Below, piece by piece: positions 13,541-26,264 of a stretch of 64,000 nucleotides of DNA. A program made the position numbers and the translations under genes. Location: NCBI RefSeq assembly GCF_006345805.1, contig NC_043002.1, positions 99,758,001 to 99,822,000 on the forward strand. The letters run 5' to 3'. Source of the DNA: Octopus sinensis (lineage: Eukaryota). The notes under the pieces were generated by a model. It had not been told where the DNA came from and did no database searches. It worked only from the letters and a program-made list of their open reading frames with translations. Every line of letters begins with the position of its first letter. The first letter of the stretch is position 1.

Positions 13541-14558
13541 CGGTGGTAGTGATAATCTTGACAAATCGATTTTAAATTGTGTTATTCACTTGTGTTATTA
13601 TTTTCTATAATTTAGCTGTTCAACCATTTTTCTAATTTTGCATTTGAAGATCTAATATGTTCCGAAATCTCTTAGAATATTTTATTTCCATTTTCAAGAC
13701 GAAGATTAAAACATGTAAAAGCAATGATCACATGACAAAATGCAAGCGAAATTTAAAATTAAATATTTGCTGAAGATTTTATAGAATATTTTTAGATTGA
13801 ATTTGTCACTAACTTGTGCAATTAGAAGAGATGATTTAGATACATTGATATATTGGTTTGACGCAGCTGAATAGAAATTATTTTGTTATATATTTCAAGA
13901 AAATAATTTGAGAACGTTATTGGATTTTCATATGTTATTTTCGCTACCGGAAGCTATAACCGCATACGGTTAGAGCTCTATTTCAGTGTTCATAGCGTTA
14001 AATCTTTCAAACATATTTCCGCTGTAGCTTTATCAGAATGAATCTTTATAATACAATTCGAGGTCAATAATGTAAGGTACCATATATGTTAATATATAAT
14101 GTAGCATACGCTTTCTTCGATTCAGCACCTGTTTATAACGATATGGATTTTTTTCCCCACCGTTAATTTTTTATATCAAGCTATCAAGTCCATTATTAGT
14201 GCTGAAAAGTTCGATTGATTTAGTATGACTTGATAAACTGTGTAAACTGCAGTCTCATAACACATTGGTTAGTTATCATTAATAATACGCTAGTTTTATC
14301 TAATATTAAGGAGGATAGGGACCATATGAGAGTCATTTTTTTCCAAGAGATTTGAATGCGTAAATGAAGTTTAACTAATTCAGCAGATAACACATCAAGA
14401 AAGTATTATTGTTCGACTATATACATCCCAGTTAAGCAAAATATTATTAAGTGAAAATTATATGAATTAAACTAAAATACTAATATAAAAGTATTTGAGA
14501 ATTTGTCTGACGTGACAAATTTGTTATTTTTACTGTGAATACACACACACACACGTAT

Positions 14559-14630
<72 letters not shown>

Positions 14631-17169
14631 AGATAAAGATGCTGTCTCTAAAGAATGACGAACACAACCGAAAGAATGAAACAGTAACACATGTATTTGT
14701 ATGTTTTGGGGTCACCTCTTAGGAAAAGAATGGTCGAAGTTTTAAAATTTGAACATCCTAACAAATACGTATTAACATATTAACATACTTTCTAACAAAA
14801 GGACATTTTCTTTTCATATGTATGATATCAAGTCGAAAGTTTTAATTATAAGAAATGAATCCATTTAATCTGACAGAATTCCTATATTCACTATATTTAT
14901 AATGAATTATTTTTAAATATTTAAAGTATCAGGTAGCGAAAAGTTACCGCATTTTAACTTGATATTTCGGAGGTATTAACCAAGAATAGTTTTTTTTTTA
15001 CGAGAACAGTATAATCACCGTTTGAATGTTCAGTTCTAATTTTTTTCATGTTATTTACAACATTTGGAAAGCATGGCTTCTTCGTGCACACTAATCTAAG
15101 TCCATGACCATCTCTGGGGCACTGTCCATTTGTGATGTTCCTCCGCTAATCCTTGCTGTGGCTCCTCCCCAATACGCCGATAATTGTACAAGGTTATTTA
15201 ATGTTTTTTTTAGAGGGTGAAGATTTGATCTGCCCAGTGAGTTTGAATCCGACAGGATTGCTAAACTCTTATAGCTTTCATAATAATAGAAACATGCAAG
15301 CATGCAAGCATCCAATCCTTTCATGGCAATGCAACAGTACACAAGATATTCCTCGGACACACTTCACATTTTCCTGAGATGCATTAATATATAAATATGT
15401 ATTGATAAATCCCTAACGGTGGATAAGCTATGATGGCTTATCTCACCATGTTAACACGGAAGAAATAATTTATCGTATACTAGCATGTGTCATATAGAAT
15501 AATGTATTATACAGGAGATAACGTATCACACTGAACCAGCATTCCTAATCAGAAATTGTTCGACGTTATATTTTAAGAGACTGTTTGAAATATTGTTGAA
15601 AATTGTTTTTTCACTCTAAATCATGTTTTGTTCCAGCTATTTTGTTACTTATGATCCTTAAATCGATATTTTTGTTTCTCATCTAGGGACGGCAATTTTG
15701 ACAACCAGGCAATCGTAAGGTGAATATATCTATATTTATACTTAAAATAAAACTATAAATGATGATGATGATGATGATTGTGATGATGGTGGTGTTGGTG
15801 ATAACATTTGTTGTAATGACAATTTTATGAACAAATTTGACTTTCTTAATTTACTACGCTGGTGTATTGCAAACGTGATATGATGGAGAAAAAAATGGTT
15901 TGAAATGAAATATTAATATAAAATAATTCTTTTGTGGCTATCGTAGCCGACTATTTCTTCATTCCAACCTATATCTGCTTCATCAACATCACCTCATTTT
16001 GGGAATTGCATCAAGAGGGGTATGAGCTGCTACACATCTTTATGATTTCATTTCGCAAAAAACAGCTTGGAAAAATTATTAACGTAAAACATTATTTGAA
16101 AACATAAACGTTCTCAACTAGCAGTCCTGCTATAAATATTGAGTATAGCGAACCCGGGAGAGGAATATTAAAGAACAAATATGCTACTAATATTAACAAC
16201 TTTTAAGAATAACATATTACAGATTATGGGGGTCACTTAAATACAAGTTTAAACCTTACTGAAACATGACTCTTTCAAAGCCGTATTTCAGACAATGATA
16301 TTTGAAATACGGCCACGTTTTTTTTTTTTTATTTTTGTTTTTTTCATATGAGGCATTTAGAAGGATTTGGGAAAAGTTGTTTTTCGTTATTAAGCTAAAA
16401 TGTTTTTCATTTGAAGGCATTAACTCTTGAAATGCAATGTGTTTAAAATACAACACAATTATTGCTAATTACATTGTAAAAATCAAGCAAATTTAATGGT
16501 AATTTTACAAGAATTCATAAAATGCACAAACTAAAATCGCAAATTCATTTTCATAGGAATCGCTTTGTCTGTGGCAAGAAAATGTTTTACGAATATAATT
16601 AAGTATTTAAGAAAATGGTTGAAATACATTGTGTGTCAAAAGCTCAAGGACCAGGTATTTGGTTGCCTTCACAAAATATGGCCATCGCAAGTAAAGTCCT
16701 TCTATACCTAAATGGATCACGGTAACTGTCTACTTTGTGAACACGATGTTATCCTCTATATATTGTTTGAAAGAATTTTAGGAATCAAATAATAATTTCA
16801 CGAAGCTGTAAGCTGCTGATTACATTTTGTGTGATTATTCTTTGATTTGTAATCATGAATGAATATATGAATTTGTGTATGTGCCTGTGTTATTTTACAG
16901 TGTGTTTATGTCTGTGTGTCATATACATACACACGCACACATACATGCACACACACACACGTAGATGTATTCTTTTATTCTTTTATTCATTTCAGCCATA
17001 CGGCTGAGGTCATGCTGAAGCACTACCGTGATTTTGTACTTTTACACATCATTGTTAATTTCTTCAGGATATTGGGATTTCATATCACTACACCTGCATA
17101 TGGTTTTCCCTTGATTGTTAGCCGGTGTAGTGTATAAGTGATTTTAAACTGATTAATTCATCTGTACTT

Positions 17170-17335
17170 GATACGTCGACGTTGGTCCGTTTCGGATCAT
17201 TTATAGGAGTATGTTAAATTTCTTTTTGAAGACATCCACGTCCGCAATGTGTCGGTTTCGTAATTTTTTCGTCTGCTAATTGAAGAGTTATGTGTCTTTG
17301 AACTCCATCTCTTTGCCGTAACTGGTCCATATATA
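17170..17335 (-). mobile_element. CR1/L2-like LINE 3' remnant
   Basis: Minus frame EFKDT*LFN*QTKKLRNRHIADVDVFKKKFNILL*MIRNGPTS resembles GP.LFN.LP..LR......VFK..LD.LL..IPDEP. Confidence 0.5.
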
Positions 17336-17337
17336 TT

Positions 17338-17391
<54 letters not shown>

Positions 17392-17729
17392 ATAATATAT
17401 ATATATATATGTAGAAAAATACAAACTGGACAAGAACGTAAAACATTTAGAAGACGATACAAAAAAACTTCAATCTTCAGTGAAGATCCGGATCATCCTA
17501 GCAATTTCGGCTGATTAATCTTGAGATCGCTCCGATCCGACCAGCCCCAAGGAAAAACTAAGCTACGAGCATTAGATTTCTTGGAAGAAGGATCGAATGT
17601 AGACGAAACAGGGACAGAAAAACGGACGATGCCACATGAATATAAAATACAAAAAACAATAAAGGTAAAAACAAGACAAAAACAGCTGGTGTCTTACGAC
17701 TAATAAACAGTACAACAAGTTTAGCTGTA

Positions 17730-17774
<45 letters not shown>

Positions 17775-17777
<3 letters not shown>

Positions 17778-18018
17778 GTCCAGACCCCTCATACGCACTT
17801 ATACTCTCTCATACACACACACACACACTTATACATACTAATACGTACTAATACATACTAATACATACACCAACCCCATACATACGCACGTCCAGACCTA
17901 TCCTACGCACTAATACTCTCTCATACACACACACACACGCACACACACACCCTTATACATACTAATACATACACCAACCCTATACATACACACGTCCAGC
18001 CCCCTCCTACGCACTAAT
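17775..18018. repeat. Tandem repeat, ~104-112-bp unit, ~2.3 copies
   Basis: CACGTCCAG.CCC.TC.TACGCACT.ATA recurs at 17775, 17887 and 17991. Confidence 0.8.
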
Positions 18019-18094
18019 AGCTGGTCATTCAACCCTATTATCAACCCTATTATCTCCCCTTATTTCGCTCTCGCGTCTCATGTTCGATCTTTGA

Positions 18095-18310
18095 CCTCTG
18101 GCCGAAGTCAGATCGCCATGTTGATTCGTTAGTTACTGCACGCATTTTTTTCTCTCCTTCTTTCTGTGTATCTTTCTGTTGAAGAGCGTAGGCTCGAAAC
18201 GTTAAAGACTTGTTTTATTTATACTCCCTGAGCGCCATACTAATACAATTGTTTGTTTGTTTTCCACCTGCCTTCGTCTTTTGTCTATTTTCATAAAGCT
18301 TCCCGTTATA
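18095..18310 (+). mobile_element. Interspersed repeat, probable PLE terminal (pLTR-like) segment carrying a hammerhead-like motif
   Basis: A second copy lies in reverse orientation at 28368-28580; contains GAAGAGCGTAGGCTCGAAACGTT. Confidence 0.7.
18171..18208 (+). ncRNA. Minimal type I hammerhead-like motif, A6U core variant
   Basis: TCTTT-CTGTTGA-A-GAGC(GTAG)GCTC-GAAAC-GTT-AAAGA: helix I 5 bp, helix II 4 bp, palindromic helix III AACGTT. Confidence 0.5.
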
Positions 18311-18491
18311 TACATACATACATATGCAAATGTAGAATTGTATCTTTATCCTTTTGTTCGTAAATATGTAATTATATGTATGTATATATATATATGTGTG
18401 TGTGTGTGTGTATTATATATGTATATATATATATATAATATATATATATATATATTATATATATATATAATATATATATATATATGTATAT

Positions 18492-18540
<49 letters not shown>

Positions 18541-19544
18541 GTTGCTATTTTCAGGTAAGTGTATTAATTACGTAGGATCTACCATTTGATATCCTGAAAA
18601 AGAAAACGCTCGCCTATACCGAAGTTTTAATGAAACATATAAGCAAATATTTGTCATTTATTAGCATCAGAACTAATCCTCTTTACAGTATTAATGGTGC
18701 CAGAACATATTGTTGATGCGATGTTGATGAGAAATAACATTACAGACAATAAACAACAGGCCACAATTCTTTTTCTTTTTGGATAAGATTGAAAGAACTA
18801 ACAATTAGTGATTGGTTTCATTTTTTCTGTCTCGCTTCCTCGATAATTAATTTGTTTCTCATACACTGTTCGATTCTATACACATTCCGTCATTTGAAAA
18901 ATAAATTTCTCTGAATTTCCTAGTAATTATTTAATTAATGTAATCTTAACCTTTATATTGCTGCCAGGGAAATGCATTCTTATCGTCTCCACCGAATGTC
19001 AAACACAGAGACCTAAATAACGTAGATGAAATAAAGGTTAAACAAATCGATTTCTTTTGTTCGTAACTGTAGTCATCAGGCAACATACTGAATATTTATG
19101 TCGCTTTTACATAGCTTAGAGTAAGAAAGCCCATGGAGACTGTTGTGAGGAGATAGTGAAAGAAACCTACTCGCTTGGATTGCTGCTGTAGGAAATAGTG
19201 TTTCACGGTAACGAAATTGCCCCAAAGCAGAAATATGATCAAAATGACTGAATCATATAAAACTCCACCAAGACCTCTCAATGACCAGGCAGTGTAAAAC
19301 AGGTTAAGTAAGTCGATCACCCATGACGGCTTACAGTCACTTTCCACTTATCCAATATTTTACCCGTAAAAATGTTATGAATCAAATGCCTGGGTGGAAT
19401 TGCAATAAGATCGAAACCGGAGCCTCATGATTGCAAAGCGTATTTCTTAGTTCATTGCCAATATAACAGTTACGAGACCTTCAGTTTTTAAAGAGAAGAT
19501 ATTTGTTGATTATATTCTACCAGTTCTTGATTGATACTTCACTT

Positions 19545-19680
19545 CGTATTATCGACAGTGATACAAAGAGATCAAAGACATAGTTGACTTTGGATGGATT
19601 TGAACTCAGAACATAAAGAGCCGAGATCTTTCCTGATGCTCTAACAGTTCTACCACTCCAGTCCCTTCTATCATTGCCAA
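19545..19680 (-). mobile_element. Degenerate SINE family B relic
   Basis: TTGACTTTGGATGGATTTGAACTCAGAAC resembles the family B B-box region. Confidence 0.45.
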
Positions 19681-20554
19681 TATAAAACCAAAAGTATTTC
19701 ACTCAAACACTTCACGTTTCCTTTTTAATTATCAACGCTCTCATGAAGCAAAATATTACTCATATCGTGCAAAATGCAGTACACCATTGTTAAAGTTTAT
19801 TTCACAGTATTACTTTAACGAATGACCCAGCAAAAAAGCACGATCCTAGAGGATAACGGAAGCTTGACATTAAGAACAATATTATAACAAAACTTCAATG
19901 ATATAATGGGAAATGTAAATTCCCCCTACTACTGACAAAAAAATTATAAATAAAATTAAAACCATATGACAAACACATTTTTTATTTTGTTAAAAGATAA
20001 TTATGTTTCTATTAGCTACTATCTTAATTTGTTCATATTGTGAGGTCGTTGCTCTTCTTTAGCATTGAAGTCGTTTTACAGTCTTTCGGTGTCGATAAAA
20101 TAACAACCCAGTGTCAGAAATATATTTTCATATGAATTATAAAAGTGATAAATTTTCTCTCCAGCCACTTGTTAGCAATTGTGTTATGTTGTCTGTAGTG
20201 TTTATCTTAACATCCCAGCACTGATAACTTGATACTTATTTTGCTGAATGCAAAAATGGTTATTCAAAATGTAAAATAGATGTCACGTTTAAAAGTTTTC
20301 TTCAAGTTATCGACATAAAATTGGTATGAGCAATAATTGTTGGGATCATTTATGCCATCATTATAGATAGCATTCATGTGCCAATGTAATGAGGCATGCT
20401 AGAAATGGTATCCAAATTTCCTCAAGTCATACCTGACCGCCTTCAATAGGAAATTATATAGTACTACGTACAAATCCCCAAATTCAGCTGAGTGGTTGCA
20501 GCTGGAATGTATTCGATTCTAGCCCCTCGCAAACGTGCTCCTATGGGACAAAAC

Positions 20555-20770
20555 GATGATAAGGGTTTCATATTTTGCCACAAGACAAGAAATTTGCAGG
20601 CGAGACGAAAGTCGATTGCCGAATCCCCATTATTTGACTAATACTAGTATTATCGACTTCGAAAGGATAACTCCAAGGTCAACTGCGATCAAATTTGAAC
20701 TCATAACTTAGAGATAAAATGAAATATCACTAAGCATATTCTCCGAAGAGCTCGCGCTTTTGCCAGTTCG
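20555..20770 (-). mobile_element. Degenerate SINE family B relic
   Basis: TATTATCGACTTCGAAAGGATAA...GGTCAAC...AAATTTGAACTC...AAATATCACTAAGCAT...TTTGCCAGTTCG follows the family B layout. Confidence 0.5.
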
Positions 20771-22936
20771 GGGACCATATTCATTGCAATATTTTCTGTG
20801 AGTATTGTTTTTGCTGCTGTTGCTGGTTTTGTTTAAGATTTTGAGCAGTGGTCAACGTTGTTCACGATACAATCCTACTTAGACGAGGACTAACATTGTT
20901 CAAAAATTACAGATAAATTTTTCACCTTTTGAATCTGTTTCTGTTATGAGGTCCGAACCATAAAATAGAGATGTGACTTCTATTATTCGATAATACCATA
21001 AGTCTCTGTGCAAATTTACTGATGCACTTAATTTAGACATAAACTAAAAATAGTTTGATGATAATCTATCCAAATCGATTTGTTATTATAAGAAGGAATA
21101 TATTTGTTTTCTATTGAATGTCGATTACGTATATTTTAATATCTATTTTTTTTTATATTGTTGCTTCCCTTTAACAGTTGCAGTGGAAACTTCATAATTT
21201 TTGAAACTCTCGTAATATTTTGTAATCTCTACAATCTACTAAATAACTATTTGCAGGACTGTATCTTTAAATTGCTTCACTCCATTTAATCCGATATTAG
21301 TCGAAAATCAATATTAAACGTCAGAGGTTAAATCGATTAGTTATACCTACTGATAGAGCATAGATGGAATCAGTGCATCACTGATATTCGTATTGTCTTA
21401 GATGGCATGCACTGAATAGCTATGCTAGATAGGACAGACTCTCGAAGGCAACTTGATTAATACAGCTGACTTTCACTGTGAATAAATAGGGAGCGATGTC
21501 GAAAGGGACGAGCGTGAATAGTAAGGACGTTTCAAGGGAGATGCAGTTTTGAAGACGAAATATTGGGAAAATATTTAGGTATTGTAAGTTAACAGGGTAA
21601 CTATGTTAGTAGGAGAGGTTGGGAAGGAAATGGAGGAGATGGAAATAAAATGAATGAAATTAAAAGAAGATAAAATAAAGAGTAGTGTAGTATAGAGATG
21701 TATTAGGGGGTCTAATTTTTGTGATTGATATAAGAATATTAATGCTAAGACAGTACATTTCAGATGTGAGAGAGGAGGATTAAGGTTTGGTTAAGTGTTT
21801 AGAATAACGAATATACTAATTACATATATACACATTTATATATGCATGTGTGTATGTGCAATGATTCCACCAGTATCAAGTTCAGCACGAATATATGTAA
21901 CTTTGAAATGCAGCAAAATTAAATAATTGTAGAAAGTAAGATGCTTCTAAATCCACTGCTGTTAGCGATAATGATGTCTTAGAAATAGCAGTCAACATTC
22001 TTCGGTTCGAATTGTACTCGTCCATGGCTACAATAATGACGTTTGTACCTCTATGCTTTTGTTATTTTATTGCCATTATTGAGGTACATCCGATGCACAT
22101 CTCGCTACCATTCTTGTTTGGAACTACTTTTCTCCACAGCACTAACGACGCCGCTTAGTGTTTCCTCCTCTGGAATTTTCTTCCTGCTCATATTTTCCTC
22201 ACAAGCGTCGACTTGCATCAGTTCAAATCAACAATTAATGACATCAAGTTCATCGGTCTCGGAAGGCGTGCAAAGTTCAGGAAGAATGACCTTTCTTCTA
22301 AAATCAGCGAGTAAGAATAAAAACAAAAATTCATTGGATAATAACGCTGAATTACAAAAAAAAAACTGAATCATCGTGACCAGGAAGCTCTTGATACTAG
22401 TCCAGCTCAGTCACAGCTGACTTGTGGCTAAACAACAACATCAAAAACAAGAATAGTAATTATATAATATGAAATGAAGATGGAACTAAATTGAACGTAT
22501 CATTTCTGAAATAACAAGCCAGGAATAGCTGCTGCCAAAATTTATATCAATAATAAAATCAATAACAATCGACTGATTACCTATGATTGGCAATCGTTCA
22601 CTGACCAACGAAAAACTAGCACTGGCTTAGAAACACCTGTTATTTTCCATTGTTACATTGCTAAAGATGCGTGACTTAATAATGGCTACGGTATTCGGCT
22701 CACAATCGTAAGATCTTGAGTTCGATTCTCGGCACGAGCGTAGTGTCCTAGAGCAAGATACTTTATTTCACTCAAAAAACAGAGTGAAACAATTGCAGTG
22801 ATTATAAATACATGTCTAACCGATCCCCTTATTGACCACTGAATAGCACCAGGTGAAATTTGAAGGTGGACAAGTTTCATACTGTATTCTTATACGTTTT
22901 TAACAGAATATAACATACATAACTATATATATATAC

Positions 22937-23008
<72 letters not shown>

Positions 23009-23015
23009 TATATAT

Positions 23016-23170
23016 ACATAAGAGGGATCAGCCATCTGAATGTGGCTAGGGTCATGGCGGGGTGGTGGGGGTGTTACTGATGCATTTAGCCCCAGGCGAA
23101 CATGCATCAGTAAATCCCCACCACCCCGCCCTGACCCTAGCCACATTCAGATGGCTGATCCCTCTTATGT
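23016..23170. repeat. GC-rich near-perfect foldback hairpin (~70-bp arms, 16-nt loop), MITE-like
   Basis: 23016-23085 matches the reverse complement of 23102-23170 apart from one substitution and one small indel/mismatch patch; adjoins a (TA)n array. Confidence 0.9.
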
Positions 23171-23217
23171 TATAGAGCAGTTACTGTTTATATCTCGCCC
23201 AGAGATTTATTACTGTT

Positions 23218-23253
<36 letters not shown>

Positions 23254-23376
23254 GTATATATATATACATATGTTACATGTATATATATATATGTGTGTGT
23301 GTATATAAGCAATAGTTATAAATATATAAAATATGGAAATTGTTCATCCTCAAAATTTTTCTCGTCTTTTACTTAC

Positions 23377-23539
23377 AAATTGATGACGCACATTTCCGCA
23401 TATTTCTCGGTTGGAGACCAGCAGATGGACAGACACTGAACGACGCTGTGTACGGAAAAGCATGTCCGGTTGCATGTGCAACTGCCCATATTCTGTGCAG
23501 TGGAAACACGTGTAAAGTCGTAATAACCATAAAAATATT
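23377..23539 (-). CDS. Candidate 163-nt internal exon of an unidentified gene (frame undetermined)
   Basis: Acceptor TTTCTTTTATTCTACAATTTCGCATAG| and donor |GTAAGT; GC-richer than its flanks; no stop triplet in any minus frame. One frame reads EYFYGYYDFTRVSTAQNMGSCTCNRTCFSVHSVVQCLSICWSPTEKYAEMCVINL. No homology recognised. Confidence 0.35.
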
Positions 23540-24149
23540 CTATGCGAAATTGTAGAATAAAAAGAAATGCATTTTGAGGATCAAAAAGTATGTATTCTCT
23601 GTCGTAATAATTACTGCCAATAAACTGTCCATACAACATTACGATCCAGAGAAACGAATAGGGAGTGACTCATAGTACACATCGACGTTAACCGTAGCCT
23701 AGAACACAACTGAGAGCTACCACAGTATCTGCCTGGATAATATATCCCTCTAAATTCACATTAATATATATGTATGTGAGTATGTATATAGATATATTAT
23801 GTTCTATTATATTATTATATATATATATTTATAGTGTATTATTATTTAACAGAAAACCATAATAATATTATGACTTTTATTGACATAAGGAATTGTTTAG
23901 CCACATGAATGCCAAGGAAGAAATGACTCGCTTGTGGGACCTCGAAGATTATTACAGCTAGTATTCTTTTTTTTTTAATTGGTGCGTGTTATATCGTATC
24001 TAGTTCATTGATTAGTAAGTATTTGTATGTCTTACTATGGTCTAATACTCTTATTTCATTTGCTTTATCGAATGTGATGTAGCTGCTCTTAGCTTACTTT
24101 CCTCTTTTCAAGGTTGGTTTGGCACATTTTTCTAAGCCAAATTCAAGTT

Positions 24150-25212
24150 TATTTCTTTGGTAAATAAGTAGGATATTGACAGTTCCCATGTGCACTTTCT
24201 TTTGAATTTCTACCACTTTGAGTTTTCCTGGTAGCAACCTGCCCATTTTGCTATCATTCCTAGGGCACTTATAACAACAGGTATAGTTTTAGACGTGAGG
24301 TTCCACATTTTGACAATTTCTATTCCAAGATTTTTATAGAGATACATTTTATCGATTGCGGCAGTCATATCAATGAGGAGGTATGATTTTTGTCTGAAAT
24401 CTTTCAATATAATGTCTGGCATATTCGTATCTATCTTTCTGTCAGTTTGAATGGTAAAGTTCCAGAGGACTGAGATGTAATCATTTACAAATTACCCAAT
24501 GAACATATTGTGCTGGTCTATCATGCCTGTTGACATACTCTGTAGGCACAAGAAGACTGCACATGGAGTCAACATGATCAATGGTTCCATTTTTTGTTAA
24601 CATACACGTCATGTTGGGCTACTGCGATTCTTTAATAAGTTGGCCTGGTAGTTTCTTGTAAGTAGGCATTGATCTTCGGTTAAGGACTTTGTCAACACCG
24701 GCACTATTAACTATCTCTGGTTGTTTGCCATTGGGAGGTTTTTCTTGCTATTTATCAGTAAGAATATCTAAGGCAGCAGTTTTAGCACGGGTTTTCATAC
24801 GCTTAGCCTTTTCTGTGCTTGTTTCTAGTACGCCTAATCCTGGGTTTGTGGATTTGGAATTCGCTTAGATTTTTTTACACTCAGTCATTCGAGTTTTTCA
24901 GGTAGGTGTCCAGACCAATTCTGGCAATCTTCATTGTTACTTCCAGTTGTAAAGTCGAAGGCCGCCGTCTTTTCTTGGCAGGTAAATCGTTCTATATCTG
25001 CTTTAGAATGGTGCATTCTATGCATTGTCAACAATTTCCGTATTTTTGTCAAGATTACATATTTCAGTAATTGAACAGTTAATAATATTGAAACTGTAAG
25101 TCAGGACTGGTATGGCTAAAGTATTGTTCGCTTCGATCCTGTTTCTTGTATTCAGCTGTCTTGAATACTGCTCTTACTTTGCGATAACATTGTCTTCTGA
25201 TCCTTTCCTTCA
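24150..25212 (-). mobile_element. R4/Dong-clade LINE remnant (RT C-terminus, CCHC knuckle, restriction-like endonuclease), internally deleted
   Basis: MKERIRRQCYRKVRAV; RNYQANLLKNRSSPT.RVC...TIDHVDSMCSLLVPTEYVNRHD across frameshifts; PDIILKDFRQKSYLLIDM...EIVKMWNLTSKTIPVVISALGMI. Confidence 0.85.
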
Positions 25213-25234
25213 TATATATATATATATATATACA

Positions 25235-25270
<36 letters not shown>

Positions 25271-25495
25271 TGTATGTATGTATGTATGTATGTATGTATG
25301 TATATGTATGTATGTATGTACATGTATGTATATGTATGTATATGTATGTATGTATGTATATGTATGTATATGTATGTATGCATATGCATATGTATGTATG
25401 TATATGCATATATATATGTATGCATCCATATGCTTATATATATGTATGTATATATATATTTATATATATTTATATATCCATATATATATATTTAT
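25213..25495. repeat. (TATG)n/(TA)n compound microsatellite
   Basis: Directly visible. Confidence 0.95.
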
Positions 25496-25499
25496 AATT

Positions 25500-26262
25500 A
25501 CAAATTGAGATAGGGGTTGTGAGTGCAATCCACCATGGGATAACATATATCCAATATACTCCTAGTAAAACACCCAACAAATTTAATATATAAATGTTAA
25601 GAATTGCGATGCAATTAATTCATTTACTGTATTATATGGGCAAAAGTAAAATGCTTTACCACAAATTAATAATACAAAATAAGAAAATGGAGAAATACAT
25701 CTTAATCAATAATCAACTACCAGATAATATCCAATCACATAATTTATTAAACCGCTACATATGAACATTAAGGTCAAACATAATAATATAGAATAAAACA
25801 ATGTACATCAATGAGTAATAAGATACAATAAATACAGTATGTATAAGTGAATATAAATAAATACAAATATAAATATAAACTACATCTTACAGTTGTTTCA
25901 GCCATGCAGATATGGGTGCCTCATTATGCACATATTAACCATGCGTGATAGGTTAATATGTAGTTATAAATGAGACACTTACAAAAATATCCCAAGGCCT
26001 CTTCAGAGATTATGAAATACAAACTAAATTAAATATGAAAATTAGAGGCGGTACACCCTTACAAAAGTGGGTGCATACCCATAATATATAATATGAACAT
26101 ACATATGAATGCATATACCCATACTCCTATACATATACATAATAATAATATACAGCAATATACATACATATGTTCTATATTCAAGGTTACAGTTGGTCAA
26201 AAAATATTATCTGGTAGTTGATTATTGATTAAGATGTATTTCTCCATTTTCTTATTTTGTAT
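25500..26262 (-). mobile_element. Probable PLE terminal segment (pLTR with inverted partial copy) containing a hammerhead
   Basis: A perfect 59-bp inverted repeat 25672-25730 / 26204-26262 encloses a hammerhead motif; this matches the known partially inverted pLTR architecture of PLEs. Confidence 0.6.
25884..26010 (-). ncRNA. Type I hammerhead ribozyme candidate with extended helix II
   Basis: ATCT-CTGAAGA-GGCC...GGCT-GAAAC-AACT-GTA-AGAT: intact CUGAAGA and GAAA, GUA triplet, helix I ATCT/AGAT, and a long internally paired helix II. Confidence 0.7.
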
Positions 26263-26264
26263 CT

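Noticed and set aside
15091-15377. Overlapping Cys-containing ORFs on both strands
   Set aside because: No consistent splice or start signals and no recognisable domain
19096-19347. Hydrophobic 83-aa minus ORF resembling transmembrane segments
   Set aside because: Starts at GTG after a stop, has no convincing splice boundaries and no family motif; hydrophobic ORFs are common in AT-rich DNA
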